Source: Hypanus sabinus (taxonomy: Eukaryota). From it: DNA of 64,000 nucleotides. The notes under the pieces are model-generated. The model saw only the letters and a list, made by a program, of their open reading frames with translations. It was not told the DNA's origin and made no database searches. The translations under genes were made by a program, and so were the position numbers. Where the stretch lies: the NCBI RefSeq assembly GCF_030144855.1, contig NC_082714.1, forward strand, positions 93,868,001 to 93,932,000. Reading direction: 5' to 3'. Below are positions 1 to 11,962 of this stretch, in pieces; positions within the stretch are counted from its first letter, which is position 1, and every line of letters begins with the position of its first letter.

Positions 1-69
1 TTATAATTTTGCATTGAATACTGTTTTTCTTCTTGATCGTCACCGCCAATTGTCCAAAGGTTGAATGTG

Positions 70-860
70 CAATCACCGCTGTAGCCAAGGATCCCGAATA
101 CTCACTCCAGGTTATAAGACGTTCCCAGTGATGGTACAGGATGAGATTCATACTGACAGCAGGTGAAGAAGATTATCGAGTTAAATGCGTGGCTCAAGGA
201 TTGGTGTGGGAGAAGCACGTTTGAATTTGTGGGAAGTTGGCACCAGTATTGGGGAAGGAGAGATCTGTACCACTGGGACATACTGTACTAAACCGTGATG
301 TGATCTGAATCTTAGCGAATCGCATAACTAGGGCTATGGATAAGGCATTAAACTAAATAGTTAGGCATGTCTTCAGCACATTGGGGAATTAAAGGAGAAA
401 AGTGAGGATAAAGATAAAGAAGCAAAAAAAAAACAAAAAAGGAAAAAGTAAGTTTGGTGTGAAGAAAACAGAAGTGCAAAAAAGTAAATGATTACAAGGT
501 TTTTAAAGCACCATAAGTGTAAAGGCAGTTGACTTTAATGCCCATAGTATTCGAAACGATATCAGTAAGCTTGTGGCACAAATCAGTACAAAGTGGTATA
601 ATTTAATGGCCATTACAGAAATGTGGTTGCAGGGTGCAGAAGATTGGGAAATAAACTTCCAAGGATATCAGGCAATACGGAAGGATAGGCAGTAAGGTAA
701 GTACTCTTAATTAAAAATGAGATCAAGGCGATAGTGAGAGATGATATCTGATCTAAGGAGTAGCATGCTGAAATCATCTAAGTAGAGATTAAGAATAGTA
801 AAGGGAAAACTCATCACTGGAGGAAGTTGTTTACTGGCCACCGAAAAATAACATCACAGT
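70..860 (+). mobile_element. CR1 LINE fragment (ORF1 SGNH-esterase C-terminus to endonuclease N-terminus), decayed
   Basis: Degenerate translation resembles the ORF1 end (WLKDWC..FEFVG.WHQYWGRRDLY) followed by A-rich linker and EN start (AITEMWLQ..DWEINFQGYQAIRKDR). Confidence 0.75.
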
Positions 861-3664
861 GGCAAATGTGTACAGTACCAGCTGGAGCTCAATACACCGA
901 TCTCGCCGTCCGGCTCCCTCTAATCACAATCTTCCCACCGGGTGTGTTCCGACCGGTTCAAAGCGTCTACTCGCTTCATCTCACGCAAAACGATAGACCC
1001 AGCTCACATTCCAGAGCATCCTTTATCTCTAACCATAACCCAAACACGACTTCTAAAGAAAGACCATTGGGTCAGCAGTGAAAATTTTCCAAGGACGTTA
1101 CAAACCTTGAGAAACAATGGTCATTCAACTCCCATGATTATTTATGGAAACAGCGCAGCGAAACTGAAACTTTTGATTCACAAACAAAACATTAAGCAAA
1201 GACATGTTCAAAGTAAACGAAATATGGATGTGTTTGCGTGATAGAAATAACTGAATCTATCTCAATTAAAAGAACATGAAGAGAATTTCAATGTGATTAT
1301 GTTTTATAGTGAAGATGATGGCTTTTTCATTCAACATAAAGAGTGAATATAATTTCACACAGTTTTAAAGTTTGGTGGTTGCGGATCCAACTCAGTTTTA
1401 TTAAGGCCTCCGTTTATTATTCCGTACATCAATCTTATAACTCATGGTTATTCTAGTTGCTGTCGCTTTCCTGTCTGCTCGCATCAGTACAGTCATGCCC
1501 CTCTGACCTATCTCATTAAGAAAGTGTTTTCGTCCCCAGACCTGTTGTTCACTGGCTTGTTTTTTTTTTTTTCGCGCCATTCTCTGTACACATCAGAGAA
1601 TTTCGTGCCAGAAAACTCCAAGTGATACACAGCTTCCGAGATACCCAAACGACCCTGTCTAGCACCCAGAATCATGTCAAGTTTAATGCCACTTATTTCT
1701 CATTTGGATGTTTGGTCTCAACAATAAACAAACCTCTTTACCAGATCTGAATTCCTCTATGGATTCAGTTGCCGCCACATGACTTGTATATTAGGTATTT
1801 GCATTAACGATCAACAATACCTGATAAAGCGGGTACTAAGTGTATACATGAGTTGTGGGTATGACATACTGACCTGCAAAGTGTGACGACGTTTGTGGGC
1901 TGCCTCTGACTGTGCTGGTTGTTAAACTTAACATTGTACTTCACTGTATGTGCCGATATCTATGTGACAAATAAGACTAATCACATCCTTGCCTTTGTTA
2001 TTGGAATGACACGATATATTATATAAGCGAGTGCAAAGAGTTCAGTCCCATGCGCACACAATTAAATCCCGAAATAGCGTTCAGTTGTAAGAAGCTGTGG
2101 TATTGCTCTTAGTATCGCTCTTTATACTCCACACACTCCGGAACTATATTCCTTTGTGGAACTCAGTTCTGATTTGCATGATAAGAATCACGTGCCAACT
2201 GAAAGGTGCCGTATCGAATACAAACCAGGTTCTTGTTGCGATCCTTCGGAACATCTTTCGGGGAAGGATGACGCAACAACATCATCTGAGTGTACTTTTA
2301 GTGGCTGCTTCTCCTGTTTTGTGTTCGCAGCGGAAAGATTGTAAGGAAGTTAAATGCATGGAAGATTGAAAACGCTCCAGATGACCACTTTTCTTGGTTG
2401 TCCAGTGCTAAATTTATTTTCCGAATCTTTTCTGCTTCTGCAGATTTATTTCTCATAACAACAAATTCAGCTGCAATACTAATATATTTTTCTTCGTCTT
2501 AAGCCCATCACCCCCGCTGGAGTACAGAACGCCGACAGATCCTTCTTCTCCCATGGATAGGGTCTTTGGATCTTCTCTGGCTTTTCTGTAGCTCTGGAGT
2601 TTCCGATTGGGGTTGTTAGCCTCATGCCCAACCCTGTTCCTTTCTCAGGCATAGCATCACCCATGATGGGGTTACAATGGTAGCTTGCAGTCTAAAAATA
2701 TTGTTACTGAATCACAAGTAATACTGGGAATAACCGTTTAAAATGACAGTGTAAAAGTGATTTTCTCCAAGTAACATCTGTCGTGTAGAAGCGGTAGAAG
2801 GCAGCCATATACGGGACGTAATCGGCAAACCAGGTTCAATGGCGAAGATACCTGAGATTTTATTTCCTGTAGCCTTTATCAGTCCTGGGAAGCAAATTCA
2901 TTAGTAAGGAAGAAAATGACATGGCGTGCTCGCTATTGACATGTTTGAAACAGAGTAATAACGGCAGAACCGCATTGTGGAATCTCAAAAATATCCTTTT
3001 ACTTCGAGAGCAGCCGTGGGATTGATGTCCAGTCTATTTGGAGACATAAGGTGAATATTGAATGCAGGGCTTCCACCGTTAAGCGCTACATCAGTCAAAC
3101 GCTCCGCAAATCTCCTTTCGGAATTCCCGTCGGATTGCTAATATCCCACGAATTACCATTTATTCCTGATGTTTATAAATTCATAATGGTATTTGGAGGC
3201 CAGTCGAAATCTCCGGAATTCACATGGAAAAGTTAAGAGTGTTCCTCAGTCAATACCGTGCCTACAAGGGAGACTATTCATTCCAGAGACCCTGTGACGT
3301 AGCAGCAGAAGGAAGACTTTCGACACTCAAGTTCTCACAAGCGAAGAACAGAAGCGGATAAAAACTCCCAGAACCTACTTTCCTTCAATCGCACTCCGCC
3401 AGTCCGGTACCGTAACTCGTTTTCACTGATAATCTTACCTTCTTCTGAAGACACAATTGATATTGTGACATTTCCCATCCTGGAGATACGATAAATTGCG
3501 TTAAAACCAGGTAAAACAGACACACGACCCTGCATAAAAGCAAACAACCTCGACTGATCGATAGATCAGAGATTCAGAACACTGTGACTGAGTGTCCGAC
3601 TCCATAGAACATTTTACATCTCACAACACAGACCTCTGGTTACAGTGTTATCATCAGAAACAGA

Positions 3665-3912
3665 AGAATTCTAAAGATGCTGGAGATCTAGAGTAAAAAC
3701 ACAGGCGTACACGCACACACATTCGCACACGCACAATGCTGGGGGACTTCAGCAGGTTAGGCAACAAGAATGGAAAAGAATAGAATCAACATTTCTGGTC
3801 GAATCACTTCTTCAGGTTACGTGGTGGGTCTTGACCCGGAACGACGATTCTATTCCTCTCCATAGATGCTGCTTGACCTGTTGAGTTCCTCCAACAGTTT
3901 GTGCGTGTTGCC
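3665..3912. repeat. Palindromic non-autonomous repeat (AGATGCTGG...GTTCCTCCA family)
   Basis: Inverted arms (ATGCTGGGGGACTTCAGCAGG..ATGGAAAAGAATAGAATC versus GATTCTATTCCTCTCCATAGATGCTGCTTGACCTGTTGAGTTCCTCCA). Related half-copies occur elsewhere in the window. Confidence 0.7.
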
Positions 3913-4011
3913 GCAGTTTCAGGTTAACTGGGGGTAGTATATTAACTGGAAAAGAGAACAGTTAAAGGTAGGGTGCAAAGATTAAAAATCACTGTGAACC
4001 TTCATTATTGG

Positions 4012-4140
4012 TTTGGTCCTAGAGAAGGGACCGGCCCGACACTTCGACTGTTTATTCATTTCCTTAGATGTTGCCTGGTCTGCTGAGTTCCTCTGGCATC
4101 TTGGTAGTGTTGCTTTGAATTTTCAGCATCTACAGAATTT
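4012..4140. repeat. Half copy of the same palindromic repeat
   Basis: CGACTGTTTATTCATTTCCTTAGATGTTGCCTGGTCTGCTGAGTTCCTCTGGCATC matches the right arm at 3845-3910. Confidence 0.7.
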
Positions 4141-4424
4141 ATTGTGTTTATAATTCTGGTGTTGTAAAGATCTCTGATTTATCCTCTGCTCTTTATATTC
4201 CATTTAAATATCAGGCACATTCTCAAGGGTTATGTATCAAGTATAATGTATCTAAAGTTGCTGACGATAGAAAACTTGACAGAAACACGACTGAGAAATT
4301 AATTTATCCATAAAATGATATCAATCTGTAATAACAGGAAAAGTAGGTCTTTCATGGCCCTGCGTGTTTGTGCATATTTGTGCGTGTCTGTGCACCTGCA
4401 TTTGCTAATACTTTTCTTAGCTAG

Positions 4425-5356
4425 TGTCGTTAACCTTTGTGTTTTCTGTTTCATCTTGTAAACTTTATTTTAATTGGGACTGGTTTTCTGCGTACTGATA
4501 TTATTAAAGTCGTATTCCTTATTAGCAGCCATGGTGGGGTCCTGGTTTTTCGAGAATTGTTCATTTCGCGGTGGTACTCGAACAAGCCATCAATGTTCTG
4601 TTGGAATTACTGTGAATAAACTCTTGTTTCTGTCTCTACATGAGACAGTCTGTTGTTCCTCGGCACCTGAGTTCAGTCGCACACAGTGACAGTCGTACCC
4701 AGAGCCAGAAATTGACCCAACAGAGTTTCAACAACCGCCTGGACAACGGTTAGCTGGAGGCGAGAGTCCCTTATATCCTCAGTGTTCGTGTCGAGGCTCT
4801 GTTGCGAGTTTTCCTGTGCCTCCCACTGACCTACAGTTTTCCGATGAATATTCCATATTCACGAGCTATATGCCATTTTATCGATTTTACCAGCCATGTC
4901 TCGAGAGCATCAGCTCTGTTTCGAATTTCCCGGCAATTTCTCGAGAGCAGCATGCCTGTATCGAATTCACAATCCTGTCTCGAGTAACCTGGGGCTCCTT
5001 AGGACGTCACGTGCCGGTCTTTGGGAACGATGTACTGCCATGAACCATACGGGGATGTGAACGTGACTGTGTTAATCATTGTCTTATCGCGAGTCATTAA
5101 GCCAGTTTGCTTTCTCTTTAATCTTGTCAAGTTTATTTTGATTGACACGGGTTTTCTGCGCAATATGATCATTTAAACTAGACTCCCCATTGGCACTTAT
5201 TGCGGTGCCCTGTTGTTTCGGGAAAGATTCGACTGGCTGTTGCTCACTCAAGCCACTGATATTCTTGTTAGAATTCTTATCTAAAACTGTCTCGATATGA
5301 GAGTCTGTGGTTCGTGCGCACCTGGGATCAGACGTTTGTCAGTGCACATCGTGACG
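4425..5356 (+). mobile_element. Miniature two-LTR element: direct repeats 4425-4691 and 5092-5356 around a ~400-bp core
   Basis: Two ~266-bp colinear diverged copies (TTTCTGTTTCATCTTGTAAACTTTATTTTAATTGGGACTGGTTTTCTGCG versus TTTCTCTTTAATCTTGTCAAGTTTATTTTGATTGACACGGGTTTTCTGCG). The left copy starts TGT, has AATAAA and ends GTGACA. Confidence 0.65.
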
Positions 5357-8300
5357 GTCACATTACTGGGTCTCCTTGCTTAGTGGGATCAAATTTGAGA
5401 CAATTAGTAGGATATCGAGTGTAAGTGTTTGAATTGGTACACAGGCCTGGAACTGTCTTTCTGTAAGGCCCTTGGTGCTGAAACTCTTTATAAAGGGCAG
5501 CGTGCAGTTTTCCTTTTCGAGGATGGAATTTTCCATCAACATGCCCAAATATGCTCGCAAAAATATGGATGTAACTCGGAGTTTGCAGGGTATATTTCAA
5601 AATAACAAATTGTTTCACATTTGTCAGCAAAAGGGTAATAAAATATAGTCATGGTGGCGGGGGGGGGGTGGTTCGGAGAGAGGCGGATTGCAATTGAGAT
5701 TGCCTTGTGCTTGAAGTTCTGCCGGTGAATATCTGGTGGCGGTAGACTACCATTGAGGACCAGAGTCGGCCCTAACCTGACAATGTAGCGTCCGCAACTC
5801 AAAATAGAGTTATATTTGCATTTCGATAGCGCCTATCAGAATTTCAGCAGCAGAACAAGAACTTTACACCAATTAGTTCATTGATGTAGTCATTCCTGTA
5901 ATATACTAAGCAATGTATCATGTGCCTAACCCGATGATCTATTTTGCTAACGTTTTTGTGGGATCGCTGCTAACACTTGTCGCAATGCTCTACTTTCGTT
6001 AAGGATTGAGTGATATAGGAAGTAAATTCTTACACCTTACGCATATATGTTCAAGAGATTCAGTTGATATCTGCACCACACAGCTTAATGGAGGTGACAA
6101 GTCCTCCAAGTGAATGTGATCGGAATGAATGTTGGTGAAAGATGGAGCGGTTCGGATCTTTTAGTTACTGCTGCTCTTCTGGAATTTGGATGCACGGCTG
6201 TTACTAGAGTTTACAGAGAACGATGCGAAAAACAAACAATTAAATAATTAAAGAAGAACATCTAGTGTGCAGCGGTTCTGTGGGCTAAAAATGTTAATGA
6301 GCGAGGTCAGGTTCCGGTGACGTCATCGTCCAGAATGGCAGCTTAACCCAATATCTCCAAAGGAGAAACGCATATTTTGCCCCATTAATCCATCAAATAT
6401 CAGATTTTTCGAAAATATCTGAATTGATAAGAACGAGGAAAAAAAGTGGAGATAAAAAAGCATCACTGCGGAGCCTGTGGACGAGAGGGGTGCAGCGAGA
6501 TGCTCTCCTACCCGACTGCGTGGTAGGGAAGCTGGTGGACCTTTTTCAGGAGAAGCGGCAAATATAAGAGTTCTGGAAGAGAGACGGAAAATACAAAAAG
6601 GTATAAAACAGTAAGTAAATAATATAAAGTCAGAACTCGCCAAAGTAAATCAAAAAGCTATACAAATATTAAATAAAGAAGTAAATTGATTGATCACGCG
6701 GAAGATCACAGCCGAAAAATATCATCATATGCAATGTTCCCGAAGGAGCAGAGGGGTTTGTTTATGATGAAGTTTGTAGGAACGTTGCTGTGGGACACGC
6801 AGGGTATTCTTTCCACGACGTAGCTTGAATTTGAGAGGGTGCATCGTGCTATCGCCGTGCGGCCTACTGGAGACAGCGAAGATAAGCCACGCACAATAAT
6901 AATCAGATTCCTTCGATAAAATACCAAGGCGGAGATTCTATGAAGGGCCTTGGGAAAGAAGAGGTTATTTCTGGACGGGAAATTAATATATTTCGATGAA
7001 GATTACCTCCCGGCGGTCCGCAGAAACTTAAAGAATATTCTGCAGTAAAGCGAATATTAAGGCAAGAAAAGATTAGATTCTAAACTCGGTACCCTGCTAA
7101 ACTAGGAGTTTTTATGAAGATGGGATCCAACTGTATCAGACGGTGGAAAAGGCAACTACAGAAATGAAGGCCAGAGGGCTGCCCGTCAGCGTGATCAAAC
7201 AGAGAGAAAACCTGGCTGAGCAGTTAGCCCTCTCTGCTTCGAAAATAGTGAAAGAATCGAGGAAGCAGAGGACGGGAAGCAAGCGACAGAATTATATCAG
7301 GAAGAGACTGTGAGTATTCCGAAGACCGCCCTCACCCCCTACAGAGCAGACATAAGGTTTGGCTAAATTCAAAAATATTGATAAGCTAAATGGAAGCAAA
7401 AACAGACGTTACTATACCTATCTCAAGAAATACTTACGAAAATGTGGAATTTATATTACTCAATTTTCTTTTTTATTCTTTCATTCACTCCTTTTTCCCC
7501 AACTAAATGAGAATATATATATGGGAGGAATATACAGGGAAATCTTTTCTGTGTAATGGACATAGATTTGTTCACTTACTTTTATGGGTATTGCAATGGG
7601 TGCCCTCAACTGCCAGGTGGGAGGGGCTATCCCCAACAGCTAGACGTTTCCTCCAGCTCAACCCAGAATCATCTACAAGAGACCTCAGCCTTGGAATCAC
7701 AGTTTCTTTGCCTTTTTTTAATCATTCGCATTTCTTGGTTCTTAATTGTTCAGGGAGTAGATGAATTAAGATTTAGTGTGCTAATTCCAACGATATATTG
7801 ACAGATAAATACACATGGCTAAGGACAAAATAACATTTATTTCTTTTAATGTCAATGGGTTGCTAAATCATATCAAATGCAGTGAATTTCTAGCCAATTT
7901 TTTAAAAAATGTAACAAGCTCATTGGTATATTTACAGGAAACTCACTTAAGTGATAATGAGCATGGAAAACGAAAGAGAATGGACTTCACTAATTTGGTT
8001 TTCTCCTCATATAAATCAGGACATGGAGAGGATTTGCTATTCATATCTCAAACAAGCTAATTTTTGGTAAAAGTATTCAAAATGGGAGATAAGGAGGGTA
8101 GATATATTCTGGTTAGGGGGAATATAGACGGAAAATTAGTTACTTTAATGAATATGTACGCACTCCCAGGAAATGATATTAGTTTCTTTCAGAAAATTAC
8201 TAATATTATGATAATGGAAACAGAAGGACTCCTGATAGATGGGGGAAACTGAAGTTTACAATTACAACCAAAGTTAGACTCTTCCAAAAGAAAAACCTAT

Positions 8301-9666
8301 GAAGCAAAATCCTTACATAAGAAAGTTAATAAACCTTTTTTGAGGATGTTGGACTAATTGATATATGGAGGGACCATTTCCCCAACAGAAGGGATTACAC
8401 TCATTATTCTGTCCCCACTCTGTATATCCAAGAATGTCAAGACTATTTCATGTCATTTGGAAAAGACAAAGACAAAATAAACACTTGTGGAATTGGGACA
8501 ATAGATGTAAGTGACCATGCCCCTATATATTTTTCTATTGATTTTGACCGACAACCAAAGAATACTATTTGGAAACTAAATTCAAGTCAACTCAACGATA
8601 CCTACTTTAAGGAACAAATTGAAAAAAGAAATTCGACTTTACATAGAAATCAAGGATAATGGAGAAGTTTCACCTCTCATTCTATGGAATATTCTGAAGG
8701 CTGTTTTAAGGGGAAAAATTATAGCGATATATTCATAAAAAAAATAGTAAGGAATGAAACATTGGAGGATTTCCAAAATAGGCTGAAGGAACTAGAAAAA
8801 CACAAATTGAATTTGGCACAGGATAAATTAGAGGAAATTAAAGAAAAAGGAATGAAATTAATGGTTTGGTAACGAAAGAAATCAGGAAAAAATTAATGTT
8901 TCTGAAGCAGAGACATGATTAAAATTGACCTAAGTCTATGCAAATACTTGCTTGGAAACAGAAAAAAAGTTAGTAGAAAATACATTTCATTGAATTAAGG
9001 CTCCAATAACAAAAATGATAAAAAAAATAGCTCACTGAAATTCAAGAAGCTTTTGAAGTGTTCTACAAAACTGTATATTGTAACGTTGCAGGGGGAAGCA
9101 TAATCCAAAATGACATCTTTCTGAATTCTCTAGAGTTGCCCACTTTAAGCGAAGGACAAAATAGAAAAATTACTGCTGACATAACTGAAGTTGAACTAAA
9201 AGCTGCAATTAGTAGTCTTAAATTAAGCAAATCGCCAGGATCAGATGGGTATATGGCAGGGTTTCCCAAGAATTTAAAAAATGAGTTAATTCCTGTCTTA
9301 CTCCTCACACTGAACTGGGATCTAAAAAAAGGCACAAATGCCACCAGCTGGAAGAAAGCGATAATCACTGCTATACCAAAAGAAGGCAAGGATAAAATGG
9401 AATATGGGTCATTCGGACCAATAACCGTTTTTAATGTAGATTATAGATTACTTACCTCCATCATGGCCAAACGATTAGATGAGTTTCTAGCAACACTGAT
9501 ACATAATAATCAGACAGGTTTTATACAACAAGGCCAAGCACAAGGCAATATACGAAGCACACTTCACATTGTGGATCATATGCAAAAAAAAAGAATAAAT
9601 TCGAAACAAGAGTGATAAGCGTGGACGCTGAAAAGGCATTTGATTCGGTTAATTGGAATATTCTTT

Positions 9667-10186
9667 CTTTCTTTTCAACTTTTTTATTGTTATTATTCAA
9701 AGCTAACACAGGTGCATCGAAGTAACAACACTGACAATGCTTCAAAAAGAAATTATCTTAAATATTGAACAGTTTTTGTGAATAAAAAAACCCTGATAAG
9801 CAAAAAAAAGTGAGAAAAGAAAAGAAACGCATTGGGAGTACAACTATGGAGCCATGCGCCATACACACAGCTTCTAAAAATAAACATCAAGCCGCCAACC
9901 AGAAAGAAAGCCATATCAAGAAAAAAAAACACTTAGATCGTGGAGGAAATCTATCAGTTAACTGTAATGGCAACAACGAACAAATGAGCCTCATCACAAA
10001 ATCAAATACAAGTTCAAAGGGTAGACTTCTAATTTTCTCCAAGCTGAGACATAGCATCAGTTGAGAGAAGCATTGTGAAGAAGTTAGAGCTGATTATCCT
10101 TCCATTTTAATAAGATGGCCCTACAAGCTATCAATGGACAAACGCAGGAACATGTCTGTCAGACACAGATATACCATGGATATTTT
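9667..10186 (-). mobile_element. 3' fragment of a different L1 family inserted antisense into copy A
   Basis: The minus strand reads LIACRAILLKWKD (L1 ORF2 C-terminus), then AATAAAAAG and an (AAAG)n tail. Host ORF2 resumes after it. Confidence 0.75.
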
Positions 10187-11962
10187 GGGCAATTATTTCT
10201 TTACCGAGTTTTACAAAGATTTTGGTTTTATTGACACAATTATTAAAACTATACAGGCACTCTTTTACAACCCTACAGCTGGGATAAAAATCAATGGATG
10301 ATCATCAAACAGATTTATCCTAAACAGGGGCACGAGGCAGTGTTGTACATGATCACTGCTACTCTCGCATTATATCTGGAACCATTAGCTCAATACATCA
10401 GACAAAATGAAGATATCAGGGGAATGACTACTAAAGGAACAGAGCATAAACTGGTCTGTTACACGCATGACATTTTGATCTATCTAGGGCAACCAACATA
10501 CTCTTTACCTAAGTTGATGCAATCCTTCAAACAATATGGTCAATTTTCAAGATACAAGTTCAAAATAGATAAAAACCCAATTACTATCATATAAATATAG
10601 CCCACCAAGAGAAATTGAAAGTAGATATCCCTGGCATGACAAACATAGTCTTTCAACTACTTGGGCATCGTTATGCCAAATTATCAGAATGCAATTATCA
10701 CCCTATATATAAAAATCAAGGAAGATATACAAGAACCTAATTCCTTTTGTTTAGTCTCAGTCGAAGGACTGAATCTATTAAAATGAATATACTGCCCTGA
10801 TTGTTATATCTCTTTCAGACCCTACCAACAGAGATTAAGCAAAATTAATTCAGTGAATGGATCAAAATGGCATCAATATATATTTGGCAAGGTAAAAGGA
10901 GAAGTGTTCGCCTGAAAACTTTGCAATTAGCCAAGAAAAGGGGGGATGGGGCCTACCTTATCATCGAAACTATTATTTTGCAGCACAGGTGTGAGCTGTG
11001 ATATGTTGGTGCAACTCATTCTATGACGCTCAGCAGAAAAGCATTGAGGAGGGTATACTTCCCATCTGCATATAGGCAATTTTGGCTGATAACAACCTTC
11101 AAAGGTATATAAATACTATTGATAATGCTTGGGTGAAATTGACTCTTAAAATAAGGAAAACTATTATAAAAGGATATAAACTACAGGGAGATATTGCAAT
11201 TCTTAAATTGTGTGCATATGGCACGGATATTACACCGAATAAACTGGATGCTAGAATTAAGAACTGCACAGCTAAAGGAATAACAGTTCTTTGCAACATA
11301 ATGAAATAAAGAACACTGTTCAGTTTTGAAATGCTTGAAGAGAAACCCTTATTAGAAAAACAAGACTTTTATCAGTATTTACAGATCAGACAGTAGGACG
11401 GTTAAAAATGTAACCAAGGGGACTACATGCTTCATAGAGCTATTTAGAAAAAGCATATAATTGTGATAACGGTAGTGGAATCATTTCAAGCGTGTATAAA
11501 AGTTTGTCAAATCTTAAAACACATTTGACTTCATACATTAAAACAAAATGGGAGAAGGAAGGAGGGATAATTATACCTGAGGAAGAATGAAAAATAATAG
11601 AGGTATCAATGGAAGTGTACCAGTTCACAGAAATGGAGGGAGTTTGGATGGAAAAACTTGATAAGATATTTTATTACACCTTCTCAGAAATCCCATTATG
11701 ATAGTAACCTCCCTGTTTGCAGGAGAAATTGTGGAAATCAAAATACAAATCATTATCGTACTTTTTGGGACTGCCCTGTTATCAAAGAATCTTGGACGGG
11801 GATTCACAATGCCCTACAAGACATCTTTAAATGCGAAATACCCTTAGAGAGTAAGACCATATATTTTGGGTATATCCCTCAAGAATGGATGAAAAGATAT
11901 AAATATTTTATGAATATACTGCTGGTGGCTGGTAAAAAGACGCTTACGAGGAAATGTTTTTC

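Noticed and set aside
2156-2344. Cys-rich ORF with RCRIEYKPGSCCDP resembling a vWC motif
   Set aside because: Only one short motif, TTG/GTG-type start, no convincing exon boundaries.
3283-3470. Ghost resemblance to a kappa-like V domain (PETL*RSSR...LTSEEQKRIKTPR...RQSGTVTRF, FSLII..SEDT)
   Set aside because: Spacing fits, but the invariant Cys and Trp are absent, there is no leader, splice site or RSS, and the match is within what chance and flexible pattern-matching could give in six frames of 64 kb.
4682-4688. CACAGTG/CACTGTG heptamers (also ~3580, ~3991, 29440, ~47017) as RSS
   Set aside because: No ACAAAAACC-like nonamer at a 12 or 23 spacing.
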